From: Parasitella parasitica NRRL 2501 | Taxonomy: Eukaryota > Fungi > Mucoromycota | Length of the DNA stretch: 64,000 nt | NCBI GenBank assembly: GCA_025201805.1 | Contig: MU619270.1 | Location: forward strand, 100,172-164,171 | Direction: 5' to 3' | Part shown: piece after piece, positions 50,054-60,937 of the stretch | Layout of the letters: each line of letters begins with the position of its first letter | Numbering within the stretch: position 1 is the first letter of the stretch | Notes under the pieces: model-generated | Told to the model about the DNA's origin: nothing | Seen by the model: only the letters and a program-made list of their open reading frames with translations | Databases searched by the model: none | Program-made: the position numbers and the translations under genes

Positions 50054-52639
50054 CTTCTACATAGCATTTACAACATAATTCATTTAATATATTTATAAAA
50101 ATAAATAATGATTTGTTCCAATATGCTTGAATATGTATATGTGGCCATTATACTTGGCCATGCATATTATATACGGAGGGGACACGTATAATATTACTTG
50201 ATACTTGTTAAGTATTATGCCTTATTGTTTTTCATTTTTCTCGTGTTAATCCCATTAGCATTTTTACAACAATAATAGACGGAATATAAATATTAACCTG
50301 AGGAAGAAGTGAGATAGTAAAATGTGCATGCATAGTAGACCTCTATGTGGTTACAGTCGTTATATCAACAATGATAAAAGCTATCATGGTATAATAACGC
50401 TTAAACGGATAAAACATCAGATCTTAAAATAATATATGATCAATTTACTGCGGATTTCATCATAAAAACGTAATCCTCACATCGCTTCCCTCAGCTCATA
50501 GAATAATTAATTTCAAAAGTTTTTGATAAATCGTTATTTAGTAGCAACGGATTTCGGAGCAGATGAAAAAAACGTAATTACTACGAACAAAACATCCTCA
50601 CTAATTGATAAAAAGGCTTTTTTATAAATTAATCAGGCACAAACCTCGTTTATTACATTCAAATATGATTTTTTATACACTAGTGAACCAAAATAAACTG
50701 ATTGGAAGATAAGGTGTAAGTGTGCGACTTGGCGTGAACATCTCAGGTTGAGTTACTAATAAAGAACTTGATCTACCGAGATATGTCCCTGGATTGTGTT
50801 CAATATTGAGTTGACTTGTATTTGATTTCCGGTTGCGAAATTGACACATCACTGATACAGGCATTCAGTATACCGTATCCGTAGTTAGATCAGGATACGC
50901 AGTACTAGCCGAAAAAAGTAATGGAAATGTAGTCGTGTGAACGCATTATAAAACACTTGTTTGTACATTATTAGGTACAACGGCCAATTTTTCTCATTTA
51001 TTACCAATAGATATGCTTCTTTTGTGGTTAATGTTATGTCAAAAGTCTGATAAAATAATTCTACACATGTGTTCATTATACAGCTTTCTATACTTTATGT
51101 ACGCATTTGTTACACTATGGTTGCACTGTCTAACTGCATAATGTAAATCATTATTACTCATGGTTTAATTTGAGAAGACAATTATCGTTATTGAGACCTA
51201 CGTACTTAGATCAATATAAAATAATTTGAGAATAGAAATGTTAATTTCCTAATCAAGTTAATATTCTGACAGGGTTATCAAGTGTATTAATCATTCAGAC
51301 AATAAGTTTCAAGTAGAAATTATCATCAACAATACAGTAGACATATAGAATATGCTGCTTTTTACTAATTTATTCTGCTGATTTCCTAATCAAATGTATT
51401 CTATGACAAGGGTTTCTGCTTGAGTTCACTGTTTTTTAGTATGTGTTTCCAAGCGATGTGATGTGGCATGTAACAAACATTATCAGAAGTAATTGAAATG
51501 AGTACATACGGTTTTTCCTACACCATGTTGCATTAATAGCCATATGTAATATTTCTGGTTCGCTCTTCATATTGCTCAACCACTCAGCAAATGACTTCCT
51601 TCATGAATCCTCATGTACAGAGTTGATAATCTGGTTACATTCTATTGCTCAAGATATTCTTGATAAAAGATTGCAATATGCGGTCGAACGGCATCACACT
51701 TTACGTGCAATATGATGTGAAAAAAATAATTTTGTCTATTTTCTAATAATATTTCATAATCTATAGCTTACATTGGTCAACTAGAGGTTGGTTTGGACAA
51801 CCTTAGTAATTTTTAAACACAAATCACAGTAGATAGTAAAGCACCACTTAATACTGTAGTGCCTAATGGCAAAGGAGTCAATTGTTTCATTGATTCGATC
51901 TGGTTTCGGGAGTTCAAGGTGGTACTGTTCTTTAAGAGCTTTGCTCCAATAAAATGAACACAGTTGTAAGTTTAATTCCCATCTCCTAACCCACGACTAG
52001 AAGGTGAATGATTATGCGGACAAGACGGTTTCCTATAAATATGCGAGTGTTCGGGAAACGCCAGATTCAAAGATATACATGAATGCAGGAGTGCATTCTT
52101 GACACACAATCAATGTAGTATTGATTGTTCATAATTCAATGCGGATATCTTCAAAAGTTGGCGCAATTCAATGTAGTCATGTGTAAAATAATAGCTTTAA
52201 TGCGCAAAACCTTCTTCTGTGGTATATGTATAAACGATCGAGGCGCGCTTCGTATGGCATAGAATGACAAAAGCCTAGGTTTACTGTACGATTTGGCAGT
52301 AATACCTAGAAGAAAACTGTGATTTAAATCCTGCATGCCATTGTGGTAGTATCACAGACTTGAATGTTGTATAGTTACCTTTTCCATGAATACTGTGTCC
52401 TGTAGGGTTATTGCGCTTCCATGTTTTCTAATTTGGCGCACTGCAGATCATACTATCAAGCTTAAATTACTCTTTATGTACATTGGTCAGCTTTTTCTTT
52501 AGATGCTATCTCGTAAAACCTGTATGGGGAGTAGCTGCATCAACACGATCCTTAAAAAACAAGAGAAAAGACATATATAAGGAGCCCACTTTTTATATTT
52601 TTTATCAACCTTAACCTTGTATCATCTATATCCCATACA

Positions 52640-52855
52640 ATGCAAATCAAATTCATTACTCTCGGTTTAATTGTTGCTGCCCTCACCTTGGTTTCTGCCG
52701 ATGCTGTCAAGGTTAAGAATACTGATGTAAAGCTCAAGAACACTGCCTCTTGCATTGCCAATAATCTCAAGGTCAAGAAGGTACTCAATAATGCTAACCT
52801 TAATATTGCTGGTGGCAAGAAGCGTAGTCTTCGTCGTAGAAGAGCTGAAATCTAA
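52640..52855 (+). CDS. Secreted peptide precursor, paralog B (71 aa, no acidic tail)
   Basis: MQIKFITLGLIVAALTLVSA-DAVKVKNTDVKLKNTASCIANNLKVKKVLNNANLNIAGGKKR-SLRRRRAEI. TATATAA upstream and ACAATG context. Confidence 0.88.
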   Translation: MQIKFITLGLIVAALTLVSADAVKVKNTDVKLKNTASCIANNLKVKKVLNNANLNIAGGKKRSLRRRRAEI

Positions 52856-54279
52856 GCATATCACCTACTAAAACAAGCCCATTATTATTCACACCATTAT
52901 AATTTACAAATTGCATTGATCTTTTAATATATAAACAATAAAGTATATTGAAATACTTAAATTGGCCAGCTTTTGATATGTTGCTTTGCAGGAGTAGTAG
53001 GTGGGGGGGGGGTGAAGTTTGAAGAACCGTTGTAAATTATCTTTTGCCATGTTGACGCAGGATACGGATCTATCTCGCATATATGAAAATGGCTGATAAC
53101 GATCTAACGGCTTGTACGCATACGCTGTGCTCAAGCGTGCGACAAATTATTGATTCTTAAGGCAATGTCTGATATATGGGTGTGAATTTGACAGGGGAGC
53201 AGATGAAGGCGCAATTACTAGCGCATCATTTTCATAAAAATAGTGTACCTCAAGACCCAACTTGTTTGTTTGTTTGTTTGTTGCGGCTGTTTTGTTGATC
53301 AATGATGAAATACGTTGCGAATGTTTATTCTGACGCCTCAGTACTCTCTATTAAGACGACAAGTGTACAAAAAATTCCGAATCGAATTCGCTTATTTTGT
53401 CAAGAGAAAAATACAATATAGAAAGCAAAATATGTTGCAAAATGTAGTTTACAGTGGTGAATTTTTGATTCTTGAACTTCCATACATTTATCAATTGTCT
53501 TTATCTAATAAACAAGACGGTGCTCCCCTTAATCAACGGAGGGGGTTGTTGATAACGAGGTTTTCTATGGCCAATTGTGTATAGTCTAGGTTTCTCACAT
53601 TTTAAGGGTGTATATCAATAACTAGTAAAAGATTCCATTACATCAGTACACACGTAACTGCATACCGTCAAAGCTAGTCTCTAAGAAAAGGAAAGATTTA
53701 CATGTGTAGAATTACTGTGACAATAAGATTTTCTATCAGTCAAGTTTCTATACGTGTAAACCTATAGTATTAATTTAATACAGTATCTGCCCTAATGTAT
53801 GTATATACCGCATATGCCTAGATTATACACTAAATGCATATCAAGGCAGCAAACTTTACAGCGAACATCAAAAGTTCAGTCAATTGTACACCATTCGAGT
53901 TGGACTGTGTTGGAAAAATACATACACTGTAGATATAGCATGTTTAGATCGACAATATGCAAACTTGTTTCTGCATGGTAACTCCGGAACTTTACAAGAC
54001 TGTTGCCCTCTCCCTCTCTCTCAGCTAATGCAAATACATTGCAAATCAAAATATACACAATGGCTGATCAAAACAAACCCCATCGATATACATGCAGGCT
54101 ACATAATAACGGCTTCTGCGTTATCTGTTCTTTTTAAAGACGATACCGATACCCCGCATTGAAGTATCTACAAACTGCTCTGCGCTATATATTTAGTGCC
54201 AAATAGTGGTATTTGGTATTTGGGTATAAAAGAGGCACGTTTTTTGCCTTGCTTTAAATAATCTATAGATTAACACACA

Positions 54280-54726
54280 ATGCAAATCAAATACATTACT
54301 CTCGGTTTTCTCTTGGCTGCTGTAGCCTCCGAAGCTTCTGTTCTTAAAGTCACCCATACTCATGTTAGAGCCCACAACACTGGTTCTAATCTTCTCAATG
54401 GACTCAAGATCAAGAATGTCCTCAACCACGCTAACGTCAGGGTCGCTTCAAAAAAGCGCGGTGTATTGTCTCGCAGAAGAGCTGCTCGTGCCGCTCGTCG
54501 TAGCGAAAATGAACCAGACGAGGAGGAGGCTGATGAAAATGAACCGAACGAGAATGAAAACGAGCCTGATGAAAATGAACCCAATGAGAATGAAAACGAA
54601 CCCGATGAAAATGAACCTGAAGAAAATGAAAACGAGCCTGATGAAAACGAAAACGAACCTGATGAGAACGAGCCTGATGAAAATGAAGTTAATGAAAGCA
54701 GCTCTAGCAAGGTTTCACGTCGTTAA
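54280..54726 (+). CDS. Secreted peptide precursor, paralog C (148 aa, Glu/Asn/Pro/Asp repeat tail)
   Basis: MQIKYITLGFLLAAVASEA-SVLKVTHTHVRAHNTGSNLLNGLKIKNVLNHANVRVASKKR, then a polybasic stretch and (ENEPD/ENEPN)n. TATAAAA near 54225. Confidence 0.88.
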   Translation: MQIKYITLGFLLAAVASEASVLKVTHTHVRAHNTGSNLLNGLKIKNVLNHANVRVASKKRGVLSRRRAARAARRSENEPDEEEADENEPNENENEPDENEPNENENEPDENEPEENENEPDENENEPDENEPDENEVNESSSSKVSRR

Positions 54727-55286
54727 GTCTTTTTACAGCATATAAAAACTTTAAGCCGCATATCTATTAATGGCTGGTTGTAGTATCAATTTTAATCTTA
54801 AAATTTGATAATAGTAATAAATTGTTCAAATAAATAATCCATAAAGCAATTTCAAATGACACATAAATTGTACCTATGTACTCTTGACAATACAATGCTG
54901 ATCGTTCTACCATCCTTGCTACACGTTACAAATGTTTGCCACAGGATGCAAAATAAATGTCTGATTACTACTTTATACATATTTTATACAAATGAGGCAG
55001 TGTTTATCATATTACATGTGAAGAGAATATCTACGGTTCTTTTAAAAACTTGGCATGATGAGCTGCTGTAGTCGCCTTTAAACATTCCGACATTGCAATA
55101 AGATACTCTTCGCAATTATCATACTGATTCCCAACCAAAAAAAGAAGTAAGCAGGTAATCAAAATGCTGCCAATAATCGGCATGGACTTTGAAATGCTTG
55201 AAAATAGATGATTTCATTTCAAGCTGCCGTTTCCTGAAATAAACACACCTCTCTTTCATCCTGCCCCTTGTAAGGCATTCGTTGTC

Positions 55287-56549
55287 ATGAGTCAATGGTT
55301 GAAAAGCTTATTTCGCATCAGTGCCAACAATGCACCCCGTCTCGCGGCTTCCAAATACGACAAATTAACTCGACCACAACTGATAACAAAAATCAAAGCG
55401 CTTGAGGATCAATTATTCAGTAAAAAACACTCTATTGATTATGACAATCATAGGCCATTTGACATGACACAATACAGCCAGCAACGGATTGCACTCAAGG
55501 TAGCCTACTTAGGGTGGAACTATTCTGGGTTTGCATCGCAAGGAGATGAAATCAACACGCCCACAGTAGAAGGACAGATATTCAAAGCTTTGGAAACATG
55601 TAAACTGATCACACATCCAGACCAATGTCAATTTACTCGATGCGGCAGAACTGATAAGGGCGTAAGTGGTTTAGGCCAAGTGGTTGCACTGAATGTTCGA
55701 AACAGTAACAGCAAAAAACAAGACGACGCTTCTGTAGTGTCGTCATTACCGTATGTTGAGATTCTAAACAGACTTTTACCAGACGATATACGTATTTTAG
55801 CTTGGGCGCCTGTAGATCTAGCATTCAACGCAAGGTTTGATTGCAAGTCGCGCACCTACAGGTACTTTTTCCAGAAAGGAACCTTGGATTTAGGATTGAT
55901 GCGGAAGGCAGGCTGCTTCATGATTGGGTCGCACGATTTTCGAAATTTTTGTCGACTGGATCCTTCCAAAAACATAACCAGTTACGAGCGCACAGTAATC
56001 TCTTTGAATATTCATTCGATAGCTGACGATTTTTATTACGTCGAACTGAAAGGGACAGCATTTTTGTGGCATCAAGTGAGGTGCATTATGGCCATTCTGT
56101 TTCTAGTGGGCCAAAAGTTGGAAAAACCAGAAATAGTGCGGGATTTACTAGACATCCATACATTCCCAGCAAGGCCTGATTACCCGATGGCAAGTGATCT
56201 ACCATTGCTATTCTACGACTGTGAATTTGACGGGATAGAATGGATATATGCACACAAAAACGAACGGAAAGATGTCAAGATACCCACACCTCTAAGGACA
56301 TGGAGGCATTTCCACGAATTCTGGTCTGTGCAAGTCATCAAAAGCCTGCTGTATAAAACCTGTATTGATAAAGTTGAAACGTTTCCCATGTTTAAGGCCT
56401 ATCCCCTTGAGGAGGCAGCTGTTTTATTAGGCGCTGGTAGATCTATCGGAACAAGTCATTATAAACCACTAAAGGAGAGGCCTCAAGCTGATACAGATCA
56501 AGTAAAGAAGGAAAAATATCGCATCAAACAGCTGAAAAAGCAGCAATAA
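55287..56549 (+). CDS. DEG1: tRNA pseudouridine(38/39) synthase (TruA family)
   Basis: IALKVAYLGWNYSG, RCGRTDKGVS (catalytic D), LNRLLPDDIR, FNARFDCKSRTYRYFF, HDFRNFC, AFLWHQVRCIM. Confidence 0.93.
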   Translation: MSQWLKSLFRISANNAPRLAASKYDKLTRPQLITKIKALEDQLFSKKHSIDYDNHRPFDMTQYSQQRIALKVAYLGWNYSGFASQGDEINTPTVEGQIFKALETCKLITHPDQCQFTRCGRTDKGVSGLGQVVALNVRNSNSKKQDDASVVSSLPYVEILNRLLPDDIRILAWAPVDLAFNARFDCKSRTYRYFFQKGTLDLGLMRKAGCFMIGSHDFRNFCRLDPSKNITSYERTVISLNIHSIADDFYYVELKGTAFLWHQVRCIMAILFLVGQKLEKPEIVRDLLDIHTFPARPDYPMASDLPLLFYDCEFDGIEWIYAHKNERKDVKIPTPLRTWRHFHEFWSVQVIKSLLYKTCIDKVETFPMFKAYPLEEAAVLLGAGRSIGTSHYKPLKERPQADTDQVKKEKYRIKQLKKQQ

Positions 56550-56553
56550 ATCT

Positions 56554-57774
56554 TTATTGGTGTGTCAGAAATGGAATGCTAAAAGCTTCTGGTTTGTGTC
56601 TTTTTATTTCTTCTCTATTGGAGTTGGTGGTAGGTAAGGGTAATGGTGATGGTGGTTGGGGTGGAGTTGTTGTTAATGCTGGCAGTGTTGTCAATGCTGA
56701 TGTTGTTGTTGTTCTCGCTGGTGGTGGTCTCGATGTTCCTATTGGGTTATCTTTACTCTCGATAGATATGGATATCTTCCGTTTGTTATTTGTTTCTGTC
56801 GTAGTGGCATTGCCGTTCTTTTTTCGCTTAAGCCAAAAATTGCTGATCAGAACATGCGCTCCCCAAAACTCGGAGCAAACTTTCAATGGCAGTAAATGTT
56901 CGGTGGCGGCTTCAAGCTTTCTATAAGCGTCTAATTTGATTGTAGGGTCCAGTCGACTCCACCGTAAATCGGGATCAATGTTATTGATTTCCTTGATGTG
57001 AGACAAGATTGCCTTGGTAACAAGTATGGCTTCTTTAACCATAGCCTTGTAGTCTAATCCAGTTTTTGATGATGGCCCCAGCACTTTCGAAATCAAATCA
57101 ATATAAAGGTTGCATGTGAATTGTAAGCTGTGTGTTTTTCCTCCCATCGAATTGGCAAGCTCTTTAGTTGAAGGCCGTGGAACAACTCGATCAATAGCGC
57201 TATATTTTGGAAAAGGTCCTTTGGCGACACTTTCTTCAAAGCTAATCACATTTGACTTTAAGACCTGTACACTCTGGGGGCTATCGAATGGATTGTCTTC
57301 ATTTGATGTGGTATTACTGAAGTCTTCAATATTGGGGAATTTATTGTTGCTGTTATTGTTGTTATTTATAGTTACTTTGATGGCTTGGATTTTGTTATTC
57401 AAATCTCTAACGTGAGACACAAGATGTGTGATATCTTGACCCATTGCCTGTATTTTGTCCAAGACAAGGTCGAGTTTTTGCTGCATTGATTGGCATGAGT
57501 TACTTTGTGTATCCTATAATTTATAAATCATTAGATATGTATTCAGGCATTATGTATGTATTCAAACCTCATTTCTTTGTAGGTCATCGTGCTCGTCGTT
57601 ATCTACGTTTTGCTGAATACTCTTTTTAGCGGTGTTGGCTCTATCTGTGTAATATTCTTCCTCATAATAATCATCCTCGTTGTAACTAGGCAACAATGAG
57701 AGTCCGCACTATAAAATGTTGTACAACATCACTCACTTAATTTGTGATTTTCGTCTTTTGGCTGCTCTGCCCAT
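56554..57774 (-). CDS. Hypothetical, probably nuclear protein (coiled coil plus conserved-looking helical domain), 3 exons
   Basis: Exons 57774-57737 (MGRAAKRRKSQI), 57685-57568 and 57513-56554 splice in frame via GTGAGT..AG and GTTTGA..AG introns. Contains a coiled coil, a W..L..K..AY..LE..LPL..C..WGA..LI..W block and basic NLS-like patches. Confidence 0.7.
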
Positions 57775-57861
57775 TCTGAGGAAATCACTCAATATAAATA
57801 TATTTTGATTTGAGGAATTAAAGCCAAAATGTATCACTTTTTTTTTCTCGTTATTTTATAC

Positions 57862-57894
<33 letters not shown>

Positions 57895-57966
57895 AAATCT
57901 TCTAAATTTCTAGATCTGTTTTTGGGATACCGTCGTTGGAAAAAAAGAAGTAATTGTAAATAACAT

Positions 57967-58916
57967 TTACTCATTACCCCACTTATTTTGAATAGAGGAA
58001 GTCCATTCAGGAGCACCTTCGAATCCATTGCGGCCTTGCTGATAATCAGAAACAGCTTGGATAATTTCTTGTTGCGTGTTCATGACGAACGGGCCATGTT
58101 GAACAATAGGCTCCTTGATTGGCTTGCCAGCAATTATCACAAAATGTGTATCATCCGAAACAGATTCAACTGGAATGAAATCACCCTGATTATTCTCCAA
58201 CACCAATGTATGGTGGGCCTCAGACAAGTGCTGTGTTCCTCCAAATTTGGCAGATCCATCGATTGTATATATGAATCCAGTATACTCTGCTGGTATCTCT
58301 TGTTCCATCCTTTTACCCTTTTTCATCTTGACATCGATAAACATGGTCGGTGTACGTGTTATCACAGGGCTAGTCGTTCCATTGGATGTGCCAGCAATGA
58401 CCTTGATCTCTACTCCAGGCTCAGGTGAGACATGTGCCACTTTTTCTTTTGGAAGCTCCTGGTAGTTTGGCTCCTTCATTTTGTCTTCCTTTGACAAATT
58501 AACCCAAAGCTGTAGGCCATGAGCTCGATCTTTGGTTGCTGGAATTTCGGTATGGACAATACCACGCGCTGCCGACATCCACTGAAGATCGCCAGGCCCA
58601 ATGCGCCCTTTATGGCCTTTGAAATCTTCGTGTAAAAATTCACCTTCCAACATGTAAGTTACAGTTTCAAACCCTCTATGTGGGTGGTCAGGAAAGCCAC
58701 CAGGAGCATGCACATCAAACTCGTCTAGCATCAGGAATGGATCCAAGTTACGTAAAGCTGCAGTCCCTATGCTTCTATAGACTTTAAATCGGTGAGATCA
58801 TTTACGCGGTTTCTCCATAGATGTGATAGAATATCCCTACCTTTGGCTCCTGCACCATCCATTTGTGGCCTTGAGCGTACACTGTTGGCAATGTTTCTTG
58901 CAATACGTGAGGCCAT
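57967..58916 (-). CDS. Pirin (bicupin, Fe-binding), 2 exons
   Basis: Exons 58916-58841 and 58781-57967. Motifs GAGAKVYRSIG..LDPFLMLDEF, FPDHPHRGFETVTY, QWMSAARGIVHTE, GLQLWVNL and PIVQHGPFVMNT. Confidence 0.95.
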
Positions 58917-60937
58917 TATAACAAAATGAACAATCAAAGATGTAAAAGTTTAGCCTTCTACGTTTTTCTGTTTTAGCCCTTTTAAATGGTTAGGATCCCG
59001 CAAAAAAAAAATTAAAAGGGCTTGGTCATAGCACAATTAATAAAGGATTACTGTTACTACAGTTTTGTATCACAAAGTCCCTTTTATACACTTTTTCAGT
59101 AGTAGCCTTGAGGTGCATAAAAATATATTGTACACTATTAGTTGAATCCAGCAAGATTATAGAAAATTCTAGGTTTGCGGAGCAGCGGCCGGGTGAATCC
59201 TACATTACTTTGGCCTTTTTTTTTCTTTTTAGCATCAACGTTTTGTTTAGGATATTAGTAGGTTAGTAACACTCGTCGGTAGCAATTATCGGAATTGTAC
59301 TACCTTTGAAGAAATCAGCAAACCGCATTGTTATATTGTGCTTTGATATACCTATACTATCCACGGAGGACCTTCCGAAAAGTTCAGTCAAATTACGTCA
59401 GATGGAAATATGGAAAAAAAGGTACCATTTAAATTCTATAAAATGTAATTGATCATGTCTCATTTTTTTAAAAATTCTCAAGGCATTTTACCTATTGGTT
59501 CAGTTTTGATTCTAATCGGTATAGTAAATACATTCCCTTTTTTGGTGGGTGAGTAAAATTTTTATGCTGAAACTCATTTTAGCTAAATGTCAATTGCCCA
59601 TCTGTGATAATATATACCATCAGCTTACATAAAGAACCTTTTGCAATGATAATGAGAATCCTAAAGGCTATATAGTCAGGCTTACTATAACCTGAGTTTT
59701 ATAATACGATATAAAGTCATGCCTAGAAACTACAAGAGTCTTATATATAAAGCTTACGTTTACAGTTCATGTGCTTATCTGTTATATGCTAAAACTGCAT
59801 GCATTATCTTGAAAATGCTAAATGGAGCGGCCTATGAACCATTAATTGACAGCTACCCCTTTTTATTTTATTTTGCCATTTTCAGAAATAAATGTTCTCT
59901 CACGTATATCTGTAGACTCTAATGCATATTTAACACCCAGAAGTGTAATAATATTGAACATGGCGTCGATTGTGCTCTATTCAATGGTAAAGTTTGTTTT
60001 CTAATTTTAACAAAGATTTGCATCAGTATTTCTGATAAAGTGGATTTTCAGTTTATTAAAGAACTATTTTTGCTTGCATTCTCCTAATAAACACTATCGT
60101 TGTATAAACACATCATTTAGGAACATATACTTCTAAAGTATGCTACAGTGAAAGTCTCGTTTATTGGTTCAAAAATCGGATTTTGTCAAAAATGAGTTAT
60201 TAAACGATGACCATAAGGCCAAAAGTTCCCAAAAAGCTGTCAATATACATCAAAACGGATCTATTGATCAGCTAATGTTATTTGGAATGTTTTGAGCCGT
60301 CAAAACATTGTGGATCTGAAATAAATGACACCTAAAAATACAAATTTTTGGTATTTTCAATATTGATAGTATCTAATCTTGTTTAGACTTTTATTTTTTT
60401 TTGATAGATACAGCCTCTATCACATATTATCGTTTTCGAAAATTATAGTAGATACTCATCTCTAAGTTCGGGCTTTAATGCAACACTACAATATTGTTAT
60501 ATGTTTCAACAAAGTAAGACTTGATAACATTTCAGCTGTTTTATAGACTTTGAGGCTATTATTGTGTTGTTTTAGGCTATGTACATTACCCGTAGGCATA
60601 CCAAACAATTGCTATTAATTTAAATATTTGTTTTGATGTAATTGCCTGTCGTGCCTAAAACAATCTCAGTTGCCTCCGCTTCGGCTTCCAATGTGGTAAA
60701 TGCTCTCAGAGCCACGCTTTGTTTTTCATATATATAGTAATAATAAATTTGAATCCCTTTCTTCCCTATATCTTTCAATGCTGCTATGTGATAATATATA
60801 ATTTAATTTTTTTTTTTTTTAGGGAGGGGAACTATTCACCAGAATTTGTACCACGGGTGGGTATTTACCACATTTCCAGCCTTCGCTTCGGCAACATTTT
60901 GATTGTCATAGGATTGGATTTGGAAATATTGAAACTA

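Noticed and set aside
59170-59205. GC-rich patch GCGGAGCAGCGGCCGGGTGAATCC resembling a tRNA T-arm or Helitron end
   Set aside because: No cloverleaf, convincing stem or CTRR end could be built.
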